Source of the DNA: Hydrolagus affinis
Taxonomy: Eukaryota
Direction: 5' to 3'
Assembly: GCA_012026655.1 (NCBI GenBank)
Contig: JAAILG010000823.1
Coordinates: 1-64,000, forward strand
DNA length: 64,000 bases
Shown: positions 23,907 to 36,735 of the stretch, in pieces
How positions within the stretch are numbered: the first letter of the stretch is position 1
Layout: each line of letters begins with the position of its first letter
Program-made: the position numbers and the translations under genes
Notes under the pieces: model-generated
The model's database searches: none
Told to the model about the DNA's origin: nothing
Seen by the model: only the letters and a program-made list of their open reading frames with translations

Positions 23907-25454
23907 GTATTTGCACATGGATGTTAGATGGAGCAGGACACACACCACAGCTGTGATGCCCATCTCACCCCCAGGCTGACGGGAAGTGAGATCACTCTAG
24001 GAGTGCACATTGGGGGTGGGGAGGGAGGCCACATTTATTGTGTGACTGTTTGGTTTAATGTGGTGTTTAAAGGGGAAGCTAGATAACTACATGAGGGAGA
24101 AAGGAATAGAAGATTATGCCGACAGGATGAGTTGAGGAAGAGCAGGAGTGAAGCTTAGTGAAGCATAAACCCAACATAGACCAGCTGGACTGAATGGCCT
24201 ATTTGTGTGCTGTACATTCTACGTAATTCTGTGTTTCTGCAGAGTCTGAGATGGGTGGGGTGGGGGCGCGATTGTGAAAACCGGGTCTAAGTCTACACCC
24301 CCTGCAAAGTCAGTTCAGATAGTATGGCACTCAAGGCATTTGTTCTCTCTTCCCATCTCCTGAAAGATGGGCTACAGTTTCACAGTCAGTGAGAACCTGG
24401 CTGGATTTGTCCCTTTCCAAGCCTGGCGCACAAATGTATTCCGGTGCCACAATAGCCCTCACCGCTCAGCGGCTACTGGAAACACTCGATAGTCACGAGG
24501 GCCACATGCGGACCATGGGCCATCACTGGCCCAGATTACAACAACAACAAAATTACACTTGCATAGTTAGTGCCTTTCACGTCAGGAGGACGTCCCAAGG
24601 CGCTGGACAGGTTTAGGTTTATTATTTGGTCTAAACTGGGGAACATGAACATGAAACAAATCATGTTGGGAGTTCATCGGGAAGAATCCATTTGATCGGA
24701 ATGCAAGGAGGTTCATATGGTTCAGGGCATGAAACTTCTTCAAAAATCCTCAAGGCCGTTGCAATAGAAAAATACCCTCTCTCGGCACCCTCTCTCCTCA
24801 CCTGTTTCTCTTGAAGTAAACAGGAGGTATTCAAATCTGCAATCAACCACAGGTTGGGTCTCTGAGCAGGAAACATTGCTGGGGAGGAAGTGTGAGAGCT
24901 GCACTGTGGTGGACAGAACTTTTTGTTATTCGTTGGAACAGACATTGAATGTCAAGCATATGTACGTACGTCTCTCTTTCTCTGATCTTCAGAAGAAACA
25001 ACATTAAAGGACCGTCTGGCGCCCGCCCGTGTCTGAAACGAGCCAGCAAAAACGCTGCGTAGATGACGAGAGGCAGTCAGTCAAGTCAGTCAGTCAGTCA
25101 GTCAGTCCGTGGGAGTGTGGGATAGAGAGAGTGCTAACGTCATCTGAACACAAAAGCGGGCGCGGCAGAAAAAACTGCTGCCCGGAGACACCAGTGAGTG
25201 CGTAAGAGACAAGACAGAATTGCAGGAGATAAACACCTCGCTAGAAAGCACAGCAAAGGCAGTGTGAAAGGCAGCAAGCAATGAAAGTGGATAGGAATCT
25301 CAAATCGGTGCGAAGCGAGCCACAGAAATTTTCTGCACAGAAAGGGGTCATATAGTCCGTCGCAAGCACAATTGACTGCCGGGTTTCGGCCACACAAATA
25401 GTCAACTCACCTTACCGCATATTCTGTGAGGCTCTTTTATCGAGACGTCCATAG

Positions 25455-25948
25455 ACGTCCGGAACTCTGCAGCCCGTGACCTCTCACCCACCAAGCTCCG
25501 CGACTCCATCTCCCCCTTTCTCACCCGACAACTTTGGCTTCCCATCATTCAGAGGCTTTGATTCAAGATCCTGGCCCTCACCTTTAAAGCTCTCCATGGC
25601 CTTGCCCCCACCCTACCTCTGTGACCTCCTAACCCCTTACCAACCTGCCCGCTCCCATCGCTCAGTGGGCTCCCACCTGCTCCATGTTCCACCCGCCCCA
25701 CCATTGGTGAGTGAGCCTTCAGCCTCTCTGCACCCAACCTTTGGAATTCCATCCCACAATCCCTCCACCTCGCCACCTCCTTCAAGGTCCGACTCAAGAC
25801 CCTCCTCTTCGACCGTGCCATCAGTCACCCCAATTTCCCCTTTCCCTTTCCTCCACCCACCCCGATCCCAACCCCAGCTCGGGTCTGAAACGCAGACTGT
25901 CCAGCACCTTGGGACATCCTCCCGACATGAAAGGCGCTATTCAAATGC
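25455..25948 (+). mobile_element. L2-clade LINE 3' fragment nested in a SINE
   Basis: Degenerate FKIL/PPYL/LWNS L2 coding remnants and L2 tail. SINE pieces flank it at about 25365-25450 and 25949-26000. Confidence 0.8.
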
Positions 25949-27196
25949 TGTCTCGAAGACATGATAAAGATCTATACCAAATGCAAGGATTATTATTATC
26001 ATCATCATCTTGTCTGTTTAGGATTATAATGCAGGATAATGTGAATGACAGTAACATAGATAAACTTGGGCACTTTTCAGTTAGTAAGTCTATCACTACT
26101 TGTCCAGGTTTCAACAAAATGTATTTTCCACTTGTAGACTGCAGCCACATGTAAAACGCATTGGCACGACCGGTCACTGTAGCTGCCAGAGAAAGGTCTA
26201 CTTTACAGTGAGCAATAATGAGATACAGGTGCAGAGGTACTGACTGTGTAGCTGAGAGTTGCGAAGCTTGTGTGTACAAGCTATGACCTGTTTTCATAAA
26301 AGGTTCAAATAAAATGGTCTGTAAAGTGAAAGGAAAACATTGCTTATTTTGGCAGCCAATGTTCCAACCTGCAAAGCATTTCAGACTTTTTTTTTTAAAA
26401 AAACTCCAGATCCCTCCAAAGTGCCCCATCTGCAAAGCAAGAACAGTGTTTAGATGGTAAATAGGTTACCTATTTCGCCGTGAAAAATATACAGTTGATT
26501 CGCTTTATATGTTCTATGACGGGGCTTTGAGACATCTCGTAGATGTGATAAGGCGCTATATCAAACGCAAGGGGTGTTAGTATTATTACTGCTTCTCTGT
26601 GCTGTGACTGTTGTAATGCCTCCCGTCAGTACAGGAACGAAGTGTGCTCATATCCTTCCATTCACATGGGATGAACATCTCAAAGCGTTTTCGAGGTGAG
26701 AGAGGAATTGAAGCACATTGACTGGACACAATCAAATAAACCGTTTTTAAGAGCATTTTTAAAGGGACAAGTTAAAAGTTATTCTGTACAGAGAGAGAGT
26801 TCTTGAGAACGTATTGGTTGAAGGCCCAGGCATGGAGGGATTGGACAATGAGCCATTGAAAGAGCAGAGAGAATAGGCAGAATGAAATTACGTTAGCAAG
26901 ACCATGAAAGGATTTCAAGGTCAGGACCCAAGTCTGTGGTTGGTTTGTTCAGATAATTGATAGGAGAGTTTGGCTGGGCTGAGAGATACATGTGAGGAGC
27001 CTGGTATAGGAGACAATAGGGCAGCAGCATTATACTTTCCTCAGTTGGTTGCAGTATGAGATCCTATAATAACCTCCCTCCTCTCCAACATCACATTGCA
27101 CAGATTTCATCTGCTGTCTATTCATTGGGACCGGTTACATTTATTTACAGTGGGAGCTAACTTAGAGAGCAGATAAGAACTCTGCTCCAGGTGTAG

Positions 27197-27477
27197 ATAA
27201 TAATATTAATAATCCTTGCATTTGATATGGGGCTTTTCACGTCTTCTAAACATCTCAAAGCGCTTCACAGGAAGTGAATTGACTTTATATACGCGGGTGA
27301 AACACAGCAGCCAGTTCTTATAGCAGTGTCCGACAAACAGTCATTGATTAAAATTTGAGGGATTATTATCAGACGTGTGGAGTAAGGAAACTTGCCCAAG
27401 GTTTCACCCTGTCTGGAATTGAACCCAGGTCTGTCGCTTGCGAGGGGAGCGCTGTAACCACTGAGCTACAGGACTCC
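27197..27477 (-). mobile_element. tRNA-derived Deu SINE, near full length
   Basis: Family match, head ending at GCTACAGGACTCC. Confidence 0.88.
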
Positions 27478-27487
27478 ACGTGATATC

Positions 27488-27787
27488 ATAATAATACTAA
27501 TCCTTGGATTTGATATAGCGCTTTTCACGTCTTCCAGATGTCTCAAAGCGCTTCACAGAATATACTGTAAAGTAAATTAACTATATATTTGTGGGTCAAA
27601 TGCGCACAGCAGTGTCCCACAAACAGGCGTGGATCGAAATGACCAATTTTTTTATTGTTTTTTCGAGGGATTATTATTAGGCATGTCAAGTAAGGAAATT
27701 TGCCCAAGTTTTCGCCCTGACCTGCCTGGATTTGAACACGGGTCTCACGCTCGTAAAGCAAGTGCTCTAACCACTGAGCTGAACTCT
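27488..27787 (-). mobile_element. tRNA-derived Deu SINE, near full length (tandem with previous copy)
   Basis: Family match, with about 25 nt of the Deu box deleted. Confidence 0.88.
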
Positions 27788-29439
27788 TCCACTTATGCCC
27801 CTTTACTAATTACTGGGGAGGAAGATATTAAACCAAACCTGGCGTGAAGTTAAAATGAGTTAGCAGAACAATGGATTTAACACAAAGCGTTGGCAAGGCC
27901 CCATTGGTAACTGCAAAACCACTGAACTTTCTGCCTCACCGATAGCGTCTGATTCCACAAACAATGATCAAATAAATATTTAAACATATTATCAACAACA
28001 GCAACAAATGCTCTGATTGCAACTTGTGATTTCCTTTGTAATTGCGCTTTCAAAGGTCTAAAGCACGGCACCTATACAGGAGGCTGTTTTTGCTTTGAGG
28101 CTCACAGACATTCGAACATGTACTGAAATCCTGCCACAGCAAACTGCTTTTAAATGGCTTTGTGGCTGCTTTGAATCACAAAGTAACTTTGCTGCTAAGT
28201 GGGAGGGAGTGAAGTTGTCGATCACAAAGAGTTTCCCTTCCACCCGCTCCCAAACTAAATGTTTGAGTTTCTTTGCTTTGAGGGTACTGTATTTGAGTCA
28301 GACAGGATGTTCGGCTTGTGATTTAAGAGGTGGGGGTGAGGGAAGGGAGATTCTGGAGCACTAAAAATAATTGATCACTCAATCCACGATTGTTTGTGGC
28401 ACACTGCCCTGCCACCAACTGCCCACACAGCAAGGCTTTCGGACGGGTAAAAGACAAGAAAGGTTATCAGGTGGGGGCAAAGTCAAGGTGCTGCTAATAG
28501 GGTGGATGGAAAGAGGGAAAAGTGAGGCAAAAATGAGGAGAGAAAATGTGCGGAAAACCAAATTAACATGTGATACAGGTGAGAGAAAAATAAAGCCATA
28601 TACTCAGATATCCCCAAAATCCGTTAGCTGCCCTGTGTGAAGGGCAAGTTGTTGTGGTGGTTATTTATCAGGCGAGGGAGGGAAAGAGTAAGATTCATCC
28701 GTAGAGGCCAAAAGATAAGCATGGGCATGGGCCAGAACATTTATTTTAAGCCATATCTTCTTCCCAACATAAATTAGGAAAGCATTTGATTAGATTCGGA
28801 CACAAAACATAAGCATTTGATGAGATTGCTGATGGTGGGGGAGGGGGAGTGGGTGGAGAGAGAGTGATATTCAGGGATGGGGTGGGGGGATATTGGGAGT
28901 GAGACCAATTCATTTTAACAGTGTACCAAAAGAGCAAGAAATCAGGAGCAGGTGGACTAGCCTATGTAAGCAGTGACCCACTGCTAATTTCTACAAGATA
29001 ATTACCACAGGAAGTGGCACGACCTGCGGAGGCCGAGCACCACTGGCACTGTGATAATCACAACTACCAGATAGAGACCAGATCGGAGAGTTACTGAGTT
29101 CGTTTGAAAAGGGGCTTTTGGCAGAAAAAAATAGGTGAAAGGTTAACAAAAGCCACGGAGAGAAGCGAAGACATGTAGAAGATCAGGTGCCGATTTGACG
29201 CTGGATCATCGGTCGCCCAAATAAGATATTGCTCTTCCAGGTTTAAGATCACTTTAGTTGAAGCTTGGCGAGAACTGGCCACAAACTGCACTCCTATGTA
29301 GTGCATACGTAGCAACAATAATTCACGTTCATCTGCATTTCATGACAATCTCCCTGCAAAGTTGTCCTTCTCTGGCAGTGACTTGGGACGTCCACCCGAC
29401 GTGAAAGGCGCTTTACAGATATAATTTTCTATTGTATTT

Positions 29440-29772
29440 GTTCACCGGCCAGGTTTGCCATTTAGTTCTATCACCACTAAACACCTCTTCTCCCCAGTTT
29501 CGTTTAAACCCACCCCTTCTGTTTCTCCCCCTGAAGTCGTTAACACTTATTCAACCCATCAGTTAACACACTCTTTTTTTCCTTTGTCTTCTTTCTCTCC
29601 TTTGTCTTCCATGTCTTGCCTCTCCCCCTTTAACATCCTTAAGAAACCTATCCCTCCAAACAAGCCCCAGTTCTGACGAAGGGTTGTAGACCCGAAACGG
29701 TGACTCCTTTTCCTTTCTCCATGGATGCTGCCTGACCCGCTGAGTTTCCCCAGCAACTTCTGTTTTTGTTGC
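29440..29772 (+). mobile_element. Penelope-like element terminal (pLTR-like) fragment with hammerhead-like motif
   Basis: Pyrimidine-rich stretch, then TCTGACGAAGGGTTGTAGACCCGAAACG..GATGCTGCCTGACCCGCTGAGTTTCCCCAGCAACTTCTGTTTTTGTT, the terminal signature I recognise from chondrichthyan Penelope-like repeats. The left boundary is uncertain. Confidence 0.65.
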
Positions 29773-30959
29773 CATTTGATATGTAGCTCTAATCTGTACA
29801 TAGAAAACAAATGTTTGCATCTGGGCAAGTGATAGTGCACTCGATACCAGGTAAGCGTTCAAGCTTATCTAACTTGGCATCACCCACATTGTTTGCTTTA
29901 AACCCTTGTTCTGTCTTATCTCTTGTCACATATATTTCCATGAACAAATTATCATCGAACTTCACATGAAACAAACAGGTTTGCGCTGTTTGTAGCAGAA
30001 TTCTATTAAAGTGTAGATGAAGATGATCTAACAAGTACTGTACTTAAAAAAAAACAGCAGTTTGGTTGCACTCAGACCAGGCACCTAATCCCCCAAATGG
30101 CTCTTCTCAAGCTTACTTGAAAGGAGAAATACAGGTAAGTTTTAACAGATTCCAATGTAATGGAGCAGAAATGCACGCATGAACAAACATCTATATAAAA
30201 TTCCAATTACATCTAACAAACCCGCTGGGTACATTCCACAGATGATATTTCCAATGGATTGGTAGTTTATCGGAGAGTGTAGTGCAGCCTGTTTGTAACA
30301 TGTTAGCATAGATCCAATCACCTGCAAGCCTGCCATCAGTCAAGTTCCAGACTTTCAAAAAAGCATCACAGGATCCCAGCCAGCCGACTACACAGTCAAA
30401 CCAAAAACCACACCTCATTATAAGGCAAATTGGCATTTAATGGATCCCAACTGCTGTGATATAACTAGGCTGCACTCGTAACTGGCTTTAGTAGCGGAAT
30501 TTCATATGCACAAAGGTAAAAATACTGTTTGTGGAACCGAGGACGCTCATTGTTTGTGGAGCCAGCCACTCTCACCCACTGCGCTTGACATAAGACCTTC
30601 TGCGCAATAGGAAAACAAACAATAGGAGGCCATTTAGCCTGGTGAGTTGTTTCATTTTACTGGGTAATGGCAGATCTTTCCACCTGCGTTGCCCTACTTT
30701 TTCCTGGTATCCTATAAACCCCTATAGTAAAAGTTTCCACTTTCCCAATTTTTTGGATTTCTTTTCCAGTTGGCTTAGCTCTTAACTTGAAAACGGCATT
30801 CCTTGTTTTGGGAGGCTTCTACCAGAGGGACCAAATACACACAACAGATCTTCTCGAGTCAGTAGCCAGATCTTCTCTTTGTGAAATATACCCAGCTCTG
30901 AGTTCACTCTTCAAGTCAAGCGAAAATTGGCACGTTCTCACCCAAGAGGAAGGAGACAA

Positions 30960-31355
30960 ATATACAGGGTAAATCCCCATGTCATTGTCTGAGCTCATGG
31001 TTTAGGCTGACACCGTTGCAGTTCTGGAAGACAGCTGCATTTGTAACAAGTACTGTCATTTGGGTGACATTAATCTGAGCTCATATTTGCCTGTTCTGTT
31101 GGATATTAAAGATCCCATAACACAATCGAAAAGGACAAGGAAGTTTCTTTTCAGTGCCCGAGAGAGCAATCCTGTGGGTAACCTAATTGGTCATTTACTT
31201 CAAGACTGCCTCTGTCACCTCATTGTGCCCAAATTGACCGCTAACTTTGCCTACATCTCCACAGTCACTACGCATGATAGCAATCTCCTGAGAAGTACTG
31301 TACCTTGAGATGTTTCGATGTTACAGGCACTGCAACAAATGCAAGGATGATTATA
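30960..31355 (+). mobile_element. Old SacSINE1/AmnSINE1-like SINE
   Basis: TAGGCTGACAC..GGATATTAAAGATCCCAT..TGTGCCCAAATTGACCGC core plus tail. Confidence 0.6.
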
Positions 31356-31454
31356 ACAACACCAGTTGTACTCTACACACGTTCTAGTGAAAAACAGTGA
31401 AGAATTTGCGGCAGAGCACCGAGGTGTCCAGTTGTTCAGGAATGTCTCCTCACA

Positions 31455-31460
31455 TTTATT
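31455..31460 (-). terminator. Candidate EPS15L1 polyadenylation signal (AATAAA on minus strand)
   Basis: TTTATT on + about 690 nt downstream of the EPS15L1 stop (the distance spans a 100-N gap), at the end of AU-rich UTR-like sequence. Confidence 0.55.
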
Positions 31461-31645
31461 ACATTAAAGAAAAGCCATGTGTGCAATGAGTTAAAATCTG
31501 ATAGATTCCAGAATGTATTTAAGTTACACAACATTCTATAGGACAAATATAACTGACATAATGTACAAGTTCATACAGGTTAATAAGCTGCACCGGAGCC
31601 CGTCAACTCCTGTCCAGGGTTTTTAGTTCACTCCTGCCTTGCAGT

Positions 31646-31745
31646 NNNNNNNNNNNNNNNNNNNNNNNNNNNNNNNNNNNNNNNNNNNNNNNNNNNNNNN
31701 NNNNNNNNNNNNNNNNNNNNNNNNNNNNNNNNNNNNNNNNNNNNN
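31646..31745. other. Assembly gap (100 N) inside the EPS15L1 3'UTR
   Basis: Run of N. Confidence 0.99.
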
Positions 31746-32143
31746 GGATGGAGGGAAGGAGGAGTTTGGTTCCTCTCCAACACCGCAGTTAAGTAAGTTA
31801 GCATCAGTATCAAAGCTTCAAGTCTTTCATGCGCACACGTCATGAATATAGGAGCTGGAATCACTGATTCACTGAGAATAGTACAGCCTTTCCTCTTGTT
31901 AATTACACAGTGCATTTCTAGTGCATCAACTTTTGCAGCTCCCATTGAGTCCTCGGGATTTATTCCACTGGCCCCGGGCAAGTGATTGTTTGGATACTGT
32001 TTGGCGAGAGGGGGCTGAGAGTTCCTGTCCAGAACATTCAGGATATCCAGTGTCCAACCAGTTTGCTTTCTCTTCCATCCACTTTCGTTCGCACTTTGTT
32101 GTAACAGCTCGCATGCCTTTGATTCAACAGACCAGAGCGCTAT

Positions 32144-32290
32144 TTACACATTGGACATTTCTGCTTTGCTGAGTGCTATGGCAAGTTCTAGGTCCTCTTG
32201 TTCTTGCCTTCGTAACCGCTCTAACCTCTCACGCTCTGCTCTTTCACTCTCCCGTTTTGCCCACTCCAGCTGTTGCTCCTCATTACCAAA
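32144..32290 (-). CDS. EPS15L1: Epidermal growth factor receptor substrate 15-like 1 (Eps15R), terminal coding exon with two ubiquitin-interacting motifs
   Basis: Minus strand ttttccag|TTT encodes FGNEEQQLEWAKRESERAERERLERLRRQEQEDLELAIALSKAEMSNV*, the characteristic Eps15R C-terminus. Phase 0 matches the upstream exon. Not in the ORF track. Confidence 0.95.
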   Translation of the reverse strand, partial: FGNEEQQLEWAKRESERAERERLERLRRQEQEDLELAIALSKAEMSNV

Positions 32291-32889
32291 CTGGAAAACC
32301 AAAGAGAGAAAGAAATTATTGAGCTTTCAAGAAACAATGTTTGGAACAACAGGAAAGGTCACAAACACTCTCCAGTGTCCAAATTGCAATCAATGCCAAG
32401 ACTCGTGGCAACCAATCACCAATTGCGGTTTGATGCGACACAAAGCAAATGAAGAGACAATGCCAATAATCTTGCAAAATAAAGGTACCATTTCACAGCA
32501 GCACAATAATCCCAAAAAACAACCACAAGCAACAATAAAGTTGTCTACATTGGCTGAAAGACCCACTTTATATAGTGGATCAGGTCCACATTTTGACTTA
32601 ATATGTCTCTTCTCCTACTCCTGAGCCCAGAACCACCACCTAAGTTTACGAGTCAAACTTGATTCATACTTTGGGCTCTACCATCAGACCCACTCCAGCT
32701 CACCCAGTCTCAAAATCTCTGAATCTGACTACTTATTTTAACAACTTATTCTCTGACAATAAAAAAAATGTAATAGCTGTACTTCAGAGCATAATCAGGA
32801 TTTGAGTGTGAGATTTGAGCACATCATTCAGCATATCCAGTCTGTTCTCTACAAATCGGCTCTATCAACAGCTCCGCTTGACGATAAAA

Positions 32890-33145
32890 ATAATAATACT
32901 ACTCCTTGCATTTTGATATAGCATTTTTCACATCTTATCGACGTCTCAAAGCGCTTCACAGAATATACCGCAGAGTGAATTGTTGAATCCTTGCATTTGT
33001 TATAGCATCGTATCACATCTTCGAAACATCTCAAAAGGCTTCACAGAATGTAAAGTATTGTAAAGTAAATGGCTGTATTTTGTGGGCGAGACGCGGCAAT
33101 CAACTGAGCACAGCAGCGTCCCACAGTTGTGGATTGAGGAACCAA
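32890..33145 (-). mobile_element. Deu SINE 3' half with duplicated tail
   Basis: Two consecutive TCCTTGCATTT..TCTCAAA..CTTCACAGAAT tail units (about 32903 and 32988), then the Deu box. Confidence 0.8.
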
Positions 33146-34437
33146 ATAATTATTACTGATCCAATTAATCTCCTGAGAAAGGTCATTTAACCTTCTCACC
33201 ATTCACTGATCCCTGACGTTAATTAAGCTAAACTTTGGGACATCAATCCAACCTTACAGCTCTCTATTCCTCTTACCAACAGCATTCCACACGTGAATGA
33301 AAACCGATCACCCATGCACGCCCTTGTAACCTATCAATCCGGACTAAAGAAAATCTGATGGCTCTAAACACGATTCCTGTAGGTGTGTATACCTTTCCAC
33401 CCGAGTCCTGACAACCTCACGTAGAACTCCAGCACAATGGTTTATTTTTTCAGCTCAAAACATGTAACAACTAGTAACATCTATTCCACCCCCCCACCCC
33501 ACCACCTCCCCACCCCCACTTTTCTGGTGGAACTTTGTGAAAGATTCTGAAATGTTAGGTTCAGGCTATTTGAGAGTGCACCTTGTTGAACTCCTTCTCA
33601 ACAAGTCAATTAGGCCTGAGTTGAGTGAAGCTATCTTGTGTTCTCAGTTCTTCCTGATAAAATGAAGCCTCACACTGAGCTCTCCTCAAAGACCTGAACT
33701 GACTATACGGTGATGGACGGAGATGGTTTGTAACGAGATGGCGCAAAACACTTTTGTGGGTGTTGGCCTCTAGTGAGCCCCCACAACAGAAAAACAGGTC
33801 CTGAAACCAGGAAATGGCAGTGACCTAACTTGAAAACAAAGCAACTGGAGTTGTGGTCAACTGATGAGATAACACAAAAACTGACTGACAAACATAAACT
33901 CAGAAAATACAAAAGCGGTTACAAAACCAGTGACTTAACTGAAGTCAAAACTATTTTAAACTGACGCATGTTTACAGACTTCATAGCACAAGTGTGCAAG
34001 TCCAATGATGGTCTTAATAAGAATTCTTGCATTTGATAAGAGTGCCTTTCGTGTCAAGAGGGCATTTAGAAGTTTTAACGTGAAGTGTATTACTGTACTA
34101 TGTATTCAGTAGATAATTCTGTGATTTATCTCCAACAAGGCTGTCCCAGTTTTCATACAGCCAAGAAAAAGGGGCCTTATTAAAATCCAGCTATCTTATA
34201 GACATTTTTGTCCTGTGATTTTCCTTTTGTATTGAATGTGTTCTTGCCGACTGCCTCTAGCACTTCAATGTAATCAAAGAGCTCATTGTAGCTTAAGAAG
34301 TGTTAGAATTTGACCTGATAAAGATAGCTCTGTGTGGGGAATTGGACTTGGAAGACCCATGGCATAGAGCACGTGTTACTGTATCCTGAGAGTTGCCCGC
34401 AAGCAACAAGAGAAAAAATTACATTTGTATAGCATAT

Positions 34438-34610
34438 TGAATAATAATAAATATTATTATAATCCTTACACTTGACACCGCGCCTTATGATATCTTTGCG
34501 ATATCTCAAAGTCCTTCACAGAATATACTGTAAAGCGGATTGACTGCATATTTTGTGGGCGAAACGTGGCAGCCAAATGCACACAGCAGTGGCCCACAAA
34601 TCGTGGATTT
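34438..34610 (-). mobile_element. Deu SINE 3' half
   Basis: Family match. Confidence 0.8.
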
Positions 34611-34861
34611 AGCAACTAATTTATGATTATTACTATTATTCTGTTATCCACATGCCAACTGCTTATTAACATCGAGCTCCATATGAAGGCTGGTGTGAGC
34701 TCAAAAAAGATGCAGGTTTCAGAGACACTGGTGAATATATTCAGTTGTGTGCAATCAGACATGTGGAAATGGACTTTTATGTTGGCAACACTTGATACTG
34801 TGGTACTTTTATACATTGTAGGCTTAGAATCAGAGACAAGAGGGGTACTACAGTGACAGTA

Positions 34862-35156
34862 TGAGTCCTGTTGCTCAGTAGTTAGAGCATTCGCCTTACA
34901 AGAAAAAGACCTGGGTTCAATTCCTGGTAGGGCGAACCTTGGGCAAGTTTCCTTATGCCACACGCCTAATAATAATTAAAAAAAATTTAAATCCAATCAT
35001 AATTGGGTCACTCAATTCATGACTGTGCGACACTGATGTGCGCAAATGGCTGCCGCACTTTTCCCACAAATATACAGTCAATTTATGTTACACTGTATTC
35101 TGTGAAGCATCTAGAAGATGTGAACAACACTATATCAAATGTAAGGAGTATTATTG
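34862..35156 (+). mobile_element. tRNA-derived Deu SINE, near full length
   Basis: Head GAGTCCTGTTGCTCAGTAGTTAGAGC..GGGTTCAATTCC, body and tail. Confidence 0.85.
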
Positions 35157-36548
35157 TGACTCTTCATGGAACTTTTTTTCCGTAAATTAACACTGAACCT
35201 GAGAGTTTAGACCTAAAATCAGTGGATAATTATCTGCAGAAATTATAATTCTCACACCAATCTGACACAATTTGGGACATCTCGAAGATGTAACAAGGTG
35301 CCATATCAAATGCAAGGATTATTATTTTGAAATGCCATATTTTTCACCCTCACTTTCTGTATTGGCAATAGCAATTTAACAAAAAACTAATTTCACTTGA
35401 AGGGAAATCCATTCCCAGGAATTAATTTTATAATAACTAACTTCATAATTCTGACAATAATGGGTGGGTGTCAGCGTAGCTCATTCAGTAACACTTTTTG
35501 ACATTTTAAATGCAATCTGAATTTTAGTGCAAAATTTCTGTTATATCCTGAAATTCCAGTAGAGATTCCACTAGCGAGCTCATTGACTGAATCTTTCCCA
35601 CGCTTTTGCATTATGTGTTCTTCAGTCACGAGTAAAACTATCATAGGCACATCATTTCATTGGGTTAAATCTAAAGGAGTCTTTCAACATAGAAAACTGG
35701 GTTTAAGAACTCATCAACCATGAAATTTGTTTTGCAATGCATCGTCACTCAATGGATTCTAATCAATTCTATAAATGCCTGCATTAAGTATTTAGGCAAC
35801 TAACAGAAACACATAAAAGCTTTGCTTGATAAAACAACATGTAAACTTTTACTCAAACCCTGTGCTGAGTGAAGCCTTTAAAGAAAAGTAAATGATACTT
35901 TATTAAATGAATGACTTTAACTTTATTAATTTAAAAAAATTAAATTAACTTTATTAAATGATTGTTTGTGGGACGCTACTGTGCGCAATTTGGCTGCCGT
36001 GTTTCGTCCACAAGTATACAATCGGCTTTCCTGTTCTCCTTAACCCTGCCCCGACCCCTCCCCTTGACATCTTTTCCCTCCCATTTCCCTTAATCCCACT
36101 TCCATGACGGTTTGTGGGACACTGCTGTGCGCAATTTGGCTGCCACGTTTCATCCACAAATATATAGTAAATTTTCCTACTCTTCTTCGTCCTGCCCCGA
36201 CCCTTCCCCCACTGCTCTTGTCCCTACCTGACTGTACAGCGCCTTGGGACATCCTCTCGACGTGAAAGGCGCTACATAAATTTAAGTTTTGATTGATTGA
36301 TCGCAACTCCTATATCACAACAGTGATTCAGATTTAGAGTGGAGTTAAATAGCATCCCCAGCCTGTGAAGCGCGGTGTCAACACTGCCGAGAAACTGGAT
36401 GTATCTTCGCACAGTTGTCATCCAATTTCCAACAAAAGAACATCGCACAGATTTCCACTTCTCGCAAGGAATGCTGGCTATAGTCAATCAATCCACTTTA
36501 CAATATATTCTGTGAAGCACCTTGAGACATCTCAATCAAGTGATAAGG

Positions 36549-36735
36549 CAACAACAACAAACAACAACAAAATTACATTTGTAGAGCGCCTTTCATGTCG
36601 AGAGGATGTCCCAAGGTGCTGAACAGTCAGGGGTCAGGACCTGAGCATGGAGGGTGGGGATGAGGGAGGGCAGAGAGGTAGGACAGCGGCTGAAGGCACA
36701 ATTGAAGAGAAGGGTCTTGAGACCGGTCTTAAGTA
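36549..36735 (-). mobile_element. L2 3' fragment inserted in a SINE tail
   Basis: (CAA)n tail and L2 stem-loop. The host SINE tail reads GATAAGGC before the insert and CTATATCAAATGCAAGG after it. Confidence 0.8.

Noticed and set aside
32151-32624. 157-aa plus-strand ORF
   Set aside because: Antisense shadow of the EPS15L1 terminal exon.
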